Shown piece after piece: positions 12,402 to 25,739 of a DNA stretch of 64,000 bases. The translations under genes and the position numbers were made by a program. The stretch comes from Eledone cirrhosa (taxonomy: Eukaryota): assembly GCA_964016885.1 (NCBI GenBank), contig OZ024758.1:7688001-7752000 (forward strand). The letters run 5' to 3'. Each line of letters begins with the position of its first letter. The stretch's first letter is position 1. Below the pieces are notes generated by a model. The model did not search any database. It worked only from the letters and a program-made list of their open reading frames with translations, and was not told the DNA's origin.

Positions 12402-12403
<2 letters not shown>
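12213..12403 (+). mobile_element. Fold-back palindromic element with 3' half of a hammerhead plus an about 80-bp tail, in (TA)n
   Basis: Arms 12211-12263/12273-12325; GAAAC-GGC..GCC-GTC at 12283-12305; near-identical to 41063-41269. Confidence 0.85.
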
Positions 12404-12440
<37 letters not shown>

Positions 12441-12444
<4 letters not shown>

Positions 12445-12524
12445 CAAGATGTCCCTCCAAAATGTATACACACTTCAACAGCATTCGAATAAAAGTATGT
12501 ATACATTTTGGGGGACACCCTGTA
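12441..12524. mobile_element. Tiny palindromic Tc1-like MITE
   Basis: TA-CAAGATGTCCCTCCAAAATGTATACA / TGTATACATTTTGGGGGACACCCTG-TA. Confidence 0.7.
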
Positions 12525-12538
12525 TGTATGTATGTTTA

Positions 12539-12569
<31 letters not shown>

Positions 12570-12673
12570 GCATATATGTATATATATATGCAGAGGTTAA
12601 ATTTAATTTGTTGGGATTCAACAAGCTTAACATTTTTTATAACTGATATATTGTATATATATATATACACAAA

Positions 12674-12768
12674 TAATTGTTTCTACTTTAGGCACAAGGC
12701 CAGCAATTACCTCAGTGCATTACTGGTACTTTATTTTATCGACCCCGTAAGGATGAAAGGCAAAGTCA
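12674..12768 (-). mobile_element. SINE A, 5'-truncated
   Basis: TSD ATATATACACAAATAAT. Confidence 0.9.
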
Positions 12769-13041
12769 AATATATACACAAATAATGAATCAAAACAAAA
12801 TATGTTTAGAATTTTGTGTTTCTCAATAAGCAAGCTCAATAGACTTTATCTAGAGCCATAATAACCAAATAAAAAGATATATGTATATACAGAGAGATTT
12901 ATTATAACACCCACACACACATATATATATATATATATACATATATATATGCTTGCTTAGTTTGGATTTAGTTGTTGAAACGGCTGGAGCTCTTCCGTCA
13001 GGGTCCTGACTATTTTCCTATATATATATATATACATATAT

Positions 13042-13290
13042 GGAGGGATTAGTAGTTAGGATGTTTGGCTCATGATTCGATTCTCAGACCAGGAGATGAC
13101 TTGTACCCTTGAACAAGGCACTTCATTTTAAGTTGCTCCAGTTTACTCGAAAATTGTACCAAATTGTACCAATAGCAACTGGGGATTAATTAGCCCAATC
13201 TGTGACTGACCAGTATCCTGTCTGAAAGGGATTTTTGTACTCCCAGTTACTTATTGCTCATGAAACCAGGATTAGCTCCAGGTTTCTCCT
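13042..13290 (+). mobile_element. Old CORE-like SINE
   Basis: CCTTGAACAAGGCACTT...GCTCCAGTTTACTC as at 47872. Confidence 0.6.
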
Positions 13291-13352
13291 AATCTGAGCA
13301 AGCATGGAAAACAGAAACAGCAAAGAGATCAACTGCTTTCTTTTTACTTTAA

Positions 13353-13547
13353 CCCTTTAGCATTTACATTACTCTATATATACTATTGTATTTTCATGAT
13401 AAACACTTTATTTCACATAATTATCTCACATAATATCAAATCTGCAAGATTTTGAGATTATTTATTTTGAGAAGTATGAGCAGCCAATTTGAACAGAAAG
13501 CAGTGAGAGAATTTTGGCCGGATATGACCGGTTTAAATGCTCAAGGG
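13353..13547 (+). mobile_element. piggyBac-like MITE B1
   Basis: TTAA|CCCTTTAGCATTT...AAATGCTCAAGGG|TTAA. Confidence 0.88.
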
Positions 13548-13720
13548 TTAAAAATGATAAGGTATCAGATGAGCTTTGAATTATGAGAGTTTACATTCTC
13601 TCCACTTAGAAACAGTCTTAAAAGATAAGAGAATCATTTTTTTTTTATATACAAAAAATTGCTGAAGCAGACCAGCAAGTGGTACACTAATACAAGAATA
13701 TATAAGAATATTCTCTAGAT

Positions 13721-14108
13721 GAGTGTTTCTTAACCAGTGTTCTCTGAAACCCTAGGGTTTTGCAAGAGGTCGCTAGGGGTTCCACAAGAAACTGACAAAT
13801 AAGCTATTTATGATAAATAAACCAGTTATCTGAAAAAAATATATTATGTTTACTGTGTAAACTAAGATAAAGATATAAGAGAGATAGATATAAATAATTG
13901 TTTCTACTTTTGGCACAAGGCCAGCAATTATCCAGTGCATTACTGGTACTTTATTTTATCGACCCCGTAAGGATTAAAGGCAAAGTTAACCTCGGCGGGA
14001 TTTGAACTCAGAATAAATAATGGTATATAATAATGTTTTGCATGGGTTCCATGAGACATGAAAACTATTTCAAGGGTTTCACAAGGGTAAAAAGGTTGAG
14101 AAATACTG
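13721..14108 (+). mobile_element. hAT-like MITE with nested SINE A (13895-14012, minus)
   Basis: Perfect 8-bp TSD CTCTAGAT; TIRs as at 3850. Confidence 0.9.
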
Positions 14109-15507
14109 CTCTAGATGAAGCACCCATAGTAAAGAAATATGAAAATGAACCCCAAGTTGTTAAAGTTGATATAATAATTATGATGACAAGTATGGAAATC
14201 ATGGACAAAGAATAAGAGAGGACTAAAATATAAACCAAATAACAAAATAAATAAGAAAGAATAACATACAGAAAAAAAAAAAAATAAAGCAGCCAGTCCA
14301 TAAGAGAAAAAATTGAGTTTCTCTTATCTTATAAGTATATATGAGCAGTGAAGAAATATTAGAATTTGATCAATGTTGGAATAATATTCACTGTAGAACA
14401 GGTATCTGGCAGAGAGGCTTTTTACAGTAGCTTTACAAGAGGTTTCTATATGACAACTTCATAAGGTACAATGTTAATAGAGTGACACAACTACAGCTTT
14501 TCCAACAATATCTTTTATTTACTCATTCCACAATGTACAGCTGCTTATATTTCTGTTTGCCTCCTCCAACTTTATCCCTTGCGATTGTCTCTTCCCAGTA
14601 TGACACAGCAAAAACACATAGTTAACCACACAGTCAACCACACATGCAAGCACACACTAACACACATACACATTCATATCATATCTAACCCATACCAATT
14701 TTCCCTCACAATCGGGTCATTTCTCATTCTTATACCTGCTTTACTCACTCCTCTTATTTCTTTACTAGCTCAAATTAACCCCACCACCACCACATCTGTT
14801 TCTTTCCCTATTTTTACTAATGCTATCATCATCTATTGATTCAAGATTTCTGTTACAGATAGATAGAAAAGAGCAGTGCATGTGTACTCTCCTCCATCAC
14901 CAAACAAGCAAAGAGAATACTTGTTCAGTCATTCTTTTATTCAGAAAAGAAATCAAAGAATAAACCCTGAGGAAGCATTGCTCCTCACCCTACTATGTTC
15001 TTCTTTCATTCAAATTCTTTAAAGTTATCCTTACTCAGCAGATATTTAGCTTTTTTCCATAGGTGTGTGCAACTGTGTCTGTGTGCTAGCATGCACACAG
15101 CCTGCACACACAGATAAATGTCTGTTTGCCTGTATGCAGCCCTACATATGCATATTCAATAATGCTTGCATGTGCACATTTAATTGTATACGTGCATTTG
15201 TGTCAGTGTGCACACCTATACATGCATGAGCCTGAATGGCAATGAGATTCTTTGCTTTCACCTGCATGCATCTATGTGCATGAGTAAGTGAACACATGCA
15301 CATCAGCATGTTTATAACAAGAACAAATCATGTTATTGAATGGAGAAAATGGCATTGATTGTAATATCAAGCCTTTTAGAGGGATAATGACAGGAATAAT
15401 TTGCCCCATTTTTATCATCAAAGCACCAATGAGATGAGAACTATAAATTGCATATAAAGCATATTTCCACATTTTTAAGTTGCAGATGTCAGCAGCTATA
15501 CATTAAC

Positions 15508-15574
<67 letters not shown>

Positions 15575-15959
15575 AAAAAAATATTATTTCTAATGCATAT
15601 ACAGACATACAATTTGGAAAATATTTCAGAGAAATTCCTTCGGAAAATAAAAAATAAAAAAAGGTAGACACATGAAAGAAATTTAGATAAAGCAGTAAAA
15701 CAACATGCATATAGTAGGGTAATTACAAGATGTGCATATACGTGAAATAACAACTGCATTAAAAGAATAAAACTACATACTAGAGTCAGTATTATGAGAT
15801 TAATTAAAAATTAGGCCACACAGAAGTCAACATATTGCCATTATCAAAGATAATGAAAAGAAAATCACATTGGAATGCAATAGTAGAAGCTTCATCGCTT
15901 TAATAGTATTGTATTGTGTATGCATATAGATGAGTAAATTAATATTACAGTCAATGTGT

Positions 15960-16075
15960 GTATATATATATATAAATATATATATATATAAATAAATATA
16001 TATAAATATATATATATATAAATAAATATATATATATATATATATATAAATAAATGTATATATATATATAAATAA

Positions 16076-16106
<31 letters not shown>

Positions 16107-16137
16107 TATATATATATATATATAAATAAATATATAT

Positions 16138-16214
<77 letters not shown>

Positions 16215-16226
16215 AATTATATATAT

Positions 16227-16257
<31 letters not shown>

Positions 16258-16310
16258 ATATATGCAAAAGTTTTATTTAAAATTGTTGGGTTACAACAAG
16301 TAAATATTTT

Positions 16311-16369
<59 letters not shown>

Positions 16370-16436
16370 CATATAAATATATATACACGTATATACATAC
16401 ATACATATAAATATATACATACATACACATACATAC
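15960..16436. repeat. (TA)n/(TAAA)n tract
   Basis: Direct inspection. Confidence 0.95.
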
Positions 16437-16451
16437 AGCCATTTATACCAT

Positions 16452-16542
16452 TTTGCCTTTCATCCTTACGGAGTCGATAAAATAAAGTACCAGTAATACA
16501 CTGGGTATTTTGCTGGCCTTGTGCCAAAGGTAGAAACAATTA
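16452..16542 (+). mobile_element. SINE A, 5'-truncated
   Basis: Family 3' end match. Confidence 0.85.
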
Positions 16543-16550
16543 TCATATAT

Positions 16551-16606
<56 letters not shown>

Positions 16607-16731
16607 TTATACACAGTATAGATGTGTGTGTGTAGCAAGTAATGACATGGCAGCAACTGAATGGAGTGACATAGATTTAGAGACGAAGAGAATGTGAGGG
16701 GGTGTCTTTGTTGTGTTGCAGAGTTCCCTAA

Positions 16732-19221
16732 CCCTTTACCATTCACATTACTCTATATATACTATTGTATTTTCATGGTAAAGGCTTTACCTCGCATAAC
16801 ATTCACATTACTCTATATATACTATTGTATTTTCATGGTAAAGGCTTTACCTCACACAATATTTACATTACTCTATATATACTATTGTATTTTCATGGTA
16901 AAGGCTTTACCTCATATAACATTCACATTACTCTATGTATACTATTGTATTTTCATGGTAAAGGCTTTACCTCACATACCATTCACATTACTCTATATAT
17001 ACTATTGTATTTTCATGGTAAAGGCTTTACCTCGCATAACATTCACATTACTCTATATATACTATTGTATTTTCATGGTAAAGGCTTTACCTCACACAAT
17101 ATTTACATTACTCTATATATACTATTGTATTTTCATGGTAAAGGCTTTACCTCGCATAACATTCACATTACTCTATATATACTATTGTATTTTCATGGTA
17201 AAGGCTTTACCTCGCATAACATTCACATTACTCTATATATACTATTGTATTTTCATGGTAAAGGCTTTACCTCACACAATATTTACATTACTCTATATAT
17301 ACTATTGTATTTTCATGGTAAAGGCTTTACCTCGCATAACATTCACATTACTCTATATATACTATTGTATTTTCATGGTAAAGGCTTTACCTCGCATAAC
17401 ATTTACATTACTCTATATATACTATTGTATTTTCATGGTAAAGGCTTTACCTCACATAACATTCACATTACTCTATATATACTATTGTATTTTCATGGTA
17501 AAGGCTTTACCTCGCATAACATTCACATTACTCTATATATACTATTGTATTTTCATGGTAAAGGCTTTACCTCACATAACATTCACATTACTCTATGTAT
17601 ACTATTGTATTTTCATGGTAAAGGCTTTACCTCACATACCATTCACATTACTCTATATATACTATTGTATTTTCATGGTAAAGGCTTTACCTCGCATAAC
17701 ATTCACATTACTCTATATATACTATTGTATTTTCATGGTAAAGGCTTTACCTCGCATAACATTTACATTACTCTATATATACTATTGTATTTTCATGGTA
17801 AAGGCTTTACCTCACATAACATTCACATTACTCTATATATACTATTGTATTTTCATGGTAAAGGCTTTACCTCACATAATATTCACATTACTCTATATAT
17901 ACTATTGTATTTTCATGGTAAAGGCTTTACCTCGCATAACATTTACATTACTCTATATATACTATTGTATTTTCATGGTAAAGGCTTTACCTCACATAAC
18001 ATTCACATTACTCTATATATACTATTGTATTTTCATGGTAAAGGCTTTACCTCACATAATATTTACATTACTCTATATATACTATTGTATTTTCATGGTA
18101 AAGGCTTTACCTCACATAACATTCACATTACTCTATATATACTATTGTATTTTCATGGTAAAGGCTTTACCTCACATAATATTCACATTACTCTATATAT
18201 ACTATTGTATTTTCATGGTAAAGGCTTTACCTCGCATAACATTTACATTACTCTATATATACTATTGTATTTTCATGGTAAAGGCTTTACCTCACATAAC
18301 ATTCACATTACTCTATATATACTATTGTATTTTCATGGTAAAGGCTTTACCTCACATAATATTTACATTACTCTATATATACTATTGTATTTTCATGGTA
18401 AAGGCTTTACCTCACATACCATTCACATTACTTTATATATACTATTGTATTTTCATGGTAAAGGCTTTACCTCACATATCATTCACATTACTCTATATAT
18501 ACTATTGTATTTTCATGGTAAAGGCTTTACCTCGCATAACATTCACATTACTCTATATATACTATTGTATTTTCATGGTAAAGGCTTTACCTCGCATAAC
18601 ATTCACATTACTCTATATATACTATTGTATTTTCATGGTAAAGGCTTTACCTCGCATAACATTCACATTACTCTATATATACTATTGTATTTTCATGGTA
18701 AAGGCTTTACCTTGCATAACATTCACATTACTCTATATATACTATTGTATTTTCATGGTAAAGGCTTTACCTCACATAACATTCACATTACTCTATATAT
18801 ACTATTGTATTTTCATGGTAAAGGCTTTACCTCGCATAACATTCACATTACTCTATATATACTATTGTATTTTCATGGTAAAGGCTTTACTTTGCATAAC
18901 ATTCACATTACTCTATATATACTATTGTATTTTCATGGTAAAGGCTTTACCTCGCATAACATTCACATTACTCTATATATACTATTGTATTTTCATGGTA
19001 AAGGCTTTACCTCACATACCATTCACATTACTCTATATATACTATTGTATTTTCATGGTAAAGGCTTTACCTCACATAATTATCTCACATAATATCAAAT
19101 CTTTGAGATTTTGAAAGTATTTATTTTGAGAACAATACCTTAACATCAGTATGAGTGACCAGTTACAGCCAGTTTCAACAGAAAAAGGTAGAGAATTCTG
19201 GCCGGTTTGAACATTAAAGGG
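16732..19221 (+). mobile_element. piggyBac-like MITE B1 expanded by an internal satellite
   Basis: CTAA|CCCTTTACC start, AAAGGG|TTAA end; nearly identical to the unexpanded copy 29182-29401. Confidence 0.92.
16741..19080. repeat. Tandem array, 39 x 60 bp
   Basis: Exactly one unit per printed 60-nt line. Confidence 0.99.
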
Positions 19222-19245
19222 TTAATGCTGCTGTAACTGGCGTTT

Positions 19246-19630
19246 GACACCTGGCTGGAGGGTATGGTGGTGACACCTGGCTGGAGAGTAAGGTGGTGAT
19301 ACCTGGCTGGAGGGTATGGTGGTGACACCTGGCTGGAGAGTAAGGTGGTGATACCTGGCTGGAGGGTATGGTGGTGACACCTGGCTGCTGTAACTGGTGG
19401 TGACACCTGGTTGGTGGGTATAGTGGTGACACCTGGCTGGTGGGTATGGTGGTGACACCTGGCTGGAGGGTATGGTGGTGACACCTGGCTGGTGGGTATG
19501 GTGGTGACACCTGGCTGGTGGGTATGGTGGTGACACCTGGCTGGTGGGTATGGTGGTGACACCTGGCTGGTGGGTATGGTGGTGACACCTGGCTGGTGGG
19601 TATGGTGGTGACACCTGGCTGGTGGGTATG
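19246..19630. repeat. 26-bp G-rich minisatellite GACACCTGGCTGGTGGGTATGGTGGT
   Basis: About 15 tandem copies. Confidence 0.95.
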
Positions 19631-20080
19631 ACCTAGAAACTGGAGATGAGATGTGGGGGTGGGTGTATGATCTGGAAACTGGAGAGATGAGGTATGGGTG
19701 GGGTGGATGGGTATGACCTCGGAAATTAGAGATTAGATGAGGTGTGCGCGGGGTGCATGGGTATGTGCCAGGAAAATGGAGATGTGGGGTGGGTGGCTGG
19801 GTATGACCTCAGAAAATGGAGATGTGAGGTGGGTGGGGTGGCTGTGTATGACCTCGGAAAATGGAGATGTGGGGTGGCTGGGTGGGTATGACCCAGGAAA
19901 ATGGAGATGTGGGGTGGCTGGGGATGACCTCAGAAAATGGAGATGTGGGGTGGCTGGGGTATGACCCAGGAAAATGGAGATGATATGAGGTATGTATGGG
20001 GTGGATGGGTATGACATCCCTTCTTCACCCACCCCCGGAAACTGGAGATGAGGTATGGATGGGGGCATGTAGGTATGTGA
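19630..20080. repeat. Diverged 35-45 bp G-rich minisatellite (GGTATGACC...GAAAATGGAGATG)
   Basis: Tandem copies. Confidence 0.85.
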
Positions 20081-21115
20081 CACAGAAACCAAAGGTCACA
20101 GCAGAGGAGACATGATGTAGAGACAGTAGAACTGAGAACCATTCCAGATGTGCTACAAACAGGAGAATGATCGCTGGGTTAAGAAGTGTGTAGAGGCACA
20201 AGGGGTTTACTTCAAAAAGGGGATTAGCAACTGAACCCTACCAAGTATGTATTTTTTTTCCTAGCCGACAGACCTTGTGTATCAACATCATCATCATCAT
20301 CATCATTTTTACATCCGCTTTTTCATGCTTGTACATATAATTAGTTACAACAGTGACATATACAGGTGCTTCAGTTTCGTTGGGTTATATACCCCAACTC
20401 ATTCAGCCTGTTATATTAAGATGTCTACCTCCACACTATCAGTGTATTTGAAAGTCATAGAAATAATTTGAAAATTTGAATGTAAGGAGTAGCTGTCAAT
20501 AACAACAGCATGTAAGTCGGGTAAAATATTTCTAAGGACTGACATTAGTGGCCAATGATTGGTAAAGGGAAATGTAAAATTGTGAGGTAAGTGACTGGTA
20601 ATTGAAATGTAGAAAAGATTAGGAGAGGAAGAGAAGAAGGAATAGTGTGTTGGCATGTAGAATAAGAAAGAAAAGAAGGAAGACAAATGGATATTAGAGT
20701 TACAATAAGAGTCAAGATTAAAGTTATAAATGGTACACAAATCACAGACACATCTGATCTCTCTAATAATATATATACATTTTTGTGGGACCCTGTGTAC
20801 ATATATATATACACACATGATGAGCTATGGGCTTCTGCATAGTTTCAGTTTATAAAATTCCTTTCACAAAACCATGGTCAACCATACAAATATATCTATA
20901 TATCGACAATTGATTAACATTTATGGAAAGGTTTCAAATTTGTTGTTCACAATAAAAAAAACTATCTGAAAAGCATCTATAAAGGTAGCATACAGTTGAG
21001 TTTAAAAAAGTATTCAGATCTGACCCCACCTAAGAATGTATTAGCAGAAGACCAATCTCCATATTTAAAAACAAAAACAAAAATTGTTATTGTAATCAGA
21101 ACAAATCTTATTTAA

Positions 21116-21336
21116 CCCTTTAGCATTCATATTACTCTATATTTACTATTGTATTTTTACGGTAAAGGCTTTATCTCGCATAATTATTTCACATATTATC
21201 GAATCTATGAGATTTTTATATTATTTATTTTGAAAACAATACCTTAACATCAGTATGAGCTGCTGGTTACAGCCAGTTTGAACAGAAAGAGGTGAAAGAA
21301 TTCTGACCGGATACAGCCAGTTTAAATGCTAAAGGG
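21116..21336 (+). mobile_element. piggyBac-like MITE B1
   Basis: TTAA|CCCTTTAGCATT...AATGCTAAAGGG|TTAA. Confidence 0.92.
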
Positions 21337-21984
21337 TTAAAACAAAACAAATTGTTATCGTAATCAGAACGAATCTTATCTAAAGCTCACAATCATAAGT
21401 TGAAATTGAAGAGAATAGAATTCGGTTCCTAAAAACATGAAGAGAAATGACAATAACAAGTATGAAAGGAAAACAAATGACATGGTGGGTAGAGAATTAG
21501 AAAGAAATATATAGGACTATAAGTTAAATGTGTATAATGAAAGCAATTGTGGTTTGACAAAAAAATAAAAGAAAGATCAAACTTCTAAAAGACAGAGATA
21601 AAGATTGTGAATAAGAAACAAGTGCTGAAGACTCTGAAGTCTTCCATTTCTCAGACACAACTAAGATAAAATACACTTTTTTAAATAGAAAAATTAAACC
21701 AAAAATTAAAACGAAACAAAGAAATTAATTGATAAAACTACATATTTTCACTGTCTGCTTAGCTAACAAAGAAACTTTAAACTAGTTCAAAGCTTTCTAA
21801 TGTTGTTGTTGACGAGGCCTGTATTTCCCATTCCAAATATCTTTGGTGATTTACAGCTATATTCATAGCAAGGCATGTTTTATATATTTACTGTCATGTC
21901 ACCAGATGGTCATGTGATCAGAAATATTTAGCATGGCTAGCTGTTCAAAGTTTTACCCAAGATCTTTGTACATCTTCAGCTTTA

Positions 21985-22327
21985 CATGGGTAGCCTGAAA
22001 CATTCATAGGCTGACTATAAAGGAGTGATGTTAGAGCTGTGAAATCTTGCATGCATTAATTTCAACTCTTCTTATTAATAACTGTATTGTTTCTTTGCAG
22101 GAACTATGTTGAAAAATAACCCTCATTTGGTCATTGCATGAGAGTATCTTGGTCAGCCTATGAAGGAGTGATGCTAGAGCTGTGAAATCTTGCATGGATA
22201 AAATTTCAACTCTTCTTATTAATAACTGCATTGTTTCTTTCTAGGGATTACATTGAAAAATAAACCCCATTTGGTCATTCCATGAGAGTATCTTGTTCTG
22301 GCTTTGAACTTTCTAACTGAGCCTTGT
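21985..22327 (+). mobile_element. mariner-like MITE with internal duplication
   Basis: Colinear with the family at 58359 (TIR CGAGGGTCRGCTGAAAAGTT). Confidence 0.8.
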
Positions 22328-24774
22328 GCTTGGATGTATACTTTAGTAATGAAACTCCATTGCTGGACTTGAATGAAAGATGTAGTTGCCAGGCTTATAA
22401 ATGGCAACAAAGATGAGCTTTAGTTGCCAGGCTTATAAATAACAACAAATTAACATTGTAAAAAATATAAAGTAATAACAGATGGGACAAACCAAAGATA
22501 AAACACTCATGTTGAAGAAATAGTCTAAAACAGGGGATTTATGACTGCCTAAGGCACATATCTTACACGACTGTATGTACAATCCCTGGCATGTGTCCTT
22601 ATATTGTCTCCCTTTCTTGTGTGCCCTTGTGGAAAATAAAGAAATATATCTTTAAATGTGTGATATTTATTGAAAGTTGATGGAATGTGCAAAAAGTCAG
22701 TGGATGTGCTTTACACATGTACAATATAAGTTAGTTTGTCTCAGATAATTTTTGACTATTTCTGAAAATGAACAAACTAACAGAATTTGGCAATAGTCTA
22801 AAATTAGAACTATAGAAAATTGAAGTCGATTATTAGAAGAGCAAGCCAGAAAACAGCAATTTTACAGAAGTAAATAGTGATAAATCTTAAGTAAACAACT
22901 TGAATGAAAATAGTAGTTGCGAGCAATTGGAATATGACCAATGAAATACTGAAGTGTTGATAACATTGTCAATACTGCTGACAATGGTAAGTGCTGACAA
23001 CCCTACAAACAGCAGTAGACTTGTGGCACTCGGCCACCTCTTACCAATGTAAACAGTAACATCATCTCACTGTCGATGGACCCATGCAGAAGGAAATTTT
23101 CATCTTGTGTTTTGTCTATAAGATATTTCTACAAGCTTTGTTTTGAATAATACAAAGCTGCTAGCATGCTATGAAACCCAAACATAACCTTTAGTTCAAC
23201 AACCAAGACAGGACCCTCTGTTATACCATCATTTCACTATGTACTTTTGTCCACACTGGACAAGACTATTATCAGCTACAACACACCTACACTCACCACA
23301 GAACACAACACACCTACACCCATCACAGAATAGACACACCCACACCTACACCTACAACAGAACACAACACACCTACACCCATCACAGAATAGACACACAC
23401 CACCCACAACAAACCTACACTCACCACCACCTACCTACATGCTACACGTATTTTTATATCCATTGATCAATCTTCTCAACATCAGCCACAGGTTGACCCA
23501 AGCAAAATCCACATTGTTACAAGCTGTTAGGGTTAGGTCTCTAGTTTGAGGATATCATTAGACCAGCTCACTATTCTTGGAGGCCCTGGAAAAAGGTCAA
23601 TCCCGCCCTAAACAGTAAAATCCTTACATGTTTTGCTGTGTCATGGAGTGTCAGCTTATTGACCACATGATCAATAGTATTTAACATGGCTGCCAGTTTG
23701 ACATGGGAGCTTGCTTGCTTTAACAAAGCTGAATAAAGCTTCCTGTGGTAAAGAACCTCATGTGACTATACAGATTTATTTGGATGTGTACTTCAAAGTG
23801 AAACTCCATTACTGGATTTCAACAAATATTTACTGAACTCATAACAACCTTTGTTTTCAAAAAGAAGTTGGGTAGGTTGGGGGTGAATCAAAGGGAAACA
23901 AAAAGCATGATTCACCAGAGATAATGTTATAGGTTGAATAAAGTGAACATTAAGAGAGCTTGATAGAAGACATTTTTTTTTTTTTTTTCAATATTAATTT
24001 ATAAATATGTTCCCTATAATGATATTGAACTTATACAAATAATCACAACTCAAACAAAAAAGTTGTGTACATGTATACAGAACCTCATTTTCCATGCTGA
24101 AAACTACCTTCTAATACCTGTCTATCAGCTTAAGAACTATTTTTCACAAGATTAGTTGGGTATATTTTTGAAACAAAACAGACTTTTATTGATAAATGGC
24201 TAACTCTAAGAGAATCTTTATCTTTGATAAGAGCTATAAAAAAACAGCATGGTCACTTGTCAACTTTAAAAATTCAATTGATTTATGTAGTTATCTATAC
24301 TTTGTCATCAACATGACATGAATTGGGTGATTGCATTTGATAGAGGCTCTTTGTAAATTAAACAACATTTCAACAGAAATAATACAATGCTTTACTAGTG
24401 TAGAGACTAGAGAAGTATATTTGAATATAGCTCTGTGTATGTATGTGTGTGTGTGTGTGTCTATGTGTGTGTATAGCTGTGTATGTGTGTGTTAATTTGA
24501 CATTAACACACATTTGTTTGGTCCAAGTATTTCATATTTTCCTTTTTCTTTAGAAAGCAATGTATGTGTGTGTGTATATATGTGTGTGTATATATATATA
24601 ACCTAATATATTCCTTCCATATACTGTATTAACTGTGTTGTTACTTCTGTTTACCTTTTACACACACACACACATATATATATATATATGGATGTGTGTG
24701 TGTGTGTGTGTGTGTGTGTATAAGTGTATATATGGATTTGCAACTCCTGATGGAGTTCTAGGGGCATTTAAAAC

Positions 24775-25170
24775 CTAGCGGTGCCCATCTCTACAGGTCT
24801 GAACACAGACGATTTCTTCCAGATACAGAGAGAGAGAATAATAGAGAGGAAATGAGAAAGAGATACAGTGGAAGAATTAACCCTAGTACGGAACTGGTAT
24901 TATTTCTATTGCCTTTCATCCTAACGGGGGTCGATAAAATAAAGTACCAGTAATACACTGAGATAATTGCTGGCCTTGTGCCTATTGTAGAAACAATTAT
25001 TTCTATTGACTTCTAAAAGGATGAAAGACAAAGTTGACCTCAGCAGGATTTGGTTGACCTCAGCAGGATTTGGTTGACCTCAGCAGGATTTGAACTTGGA
25101 ACAGAGAGAGCTGTAACGAACACCGCAAAACATTCTATTGAACATTCTAACAACTTTGCCAATGTTCTAC
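24775..25170 (-). mobile_element. Older long-tailed SINE with nested SINE A fragment (24909-24998, plus)
   Basis: Nested copy has TSD TATTTCTATTG; host has a triplicated GTTGACCTCAGCAGGATTTG. Confidence 0.8.
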
Positions 25171-25449
25171 CTTTAGAAAACAATATTCAAGCATTAAAAT
25201 GACTTTTTTGTTTGTTTTTTATTCGTACCAGTTTTGCTGTGGCAAAAACGTAATTGAGTTATGTGAAATATAGCAAATGATTTTCACTATTACAAATAAT
25301 ATATTTGAATTCTAGTATTTAGATTTAATTTATTTCATATTTCTATAATTTCTCTATCCACAAACAAGCTTGTTTCTATCTTATTAGTTCTTATCAGTGC
25401 AAATGAAACAGGTTCCCAGAGAGACAGTTTCATATTTTATATTTAAGTA

Positions 25450-25739
25450 CAGTGGAACCTCAGTTCATGAACGCCTCTTATCATAAACAAATTGGTTCAC
25501 AAACAATTTTTCGGAACACAAAACGTCTCAAGTAACAATCACACACACCGGCAACAATGGTTGGCAACAAGCTTGGAGTATCAGTGGGAAAGTGTCACTT
25601 GCTGTATAGTTAGTTACTATAGAGATATCTATCTGTCTTTCACACAGTCTCTCTCTCTCACCATTTCGTATGGGACAAATAGTTTCAGTTTACAAACATT
25701 ATGGATGATAAATTAAGTTTGTGAACCGGGGTTACAATG
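25450..25739 (+). mobile_element. pogo/Tigger-like MITE
   Basis: TA|CAGTGGAACCTCAGTTCA...TGAACCGGGGTTACAATG|TA. Confidence 0.75.

Noticed and set aside
16741-19080. CRISPR-like array (also considered for 2700 and 45277)
   Set aside because: Head-to-tail units with no unique spacers, no cas genes, animal context
16694-19114. 806-aa and 775-aa ORFs
   Set aside because: Artefacts of a stop-free 60-bp unit inside a non-coding MITE; two overlapping frames are equally open and both starts are non-ATG
20100-20215. Possible RTE fragment (ENDRWVKKCVE)
   Set aside because: Motif too short to call; left unannotated
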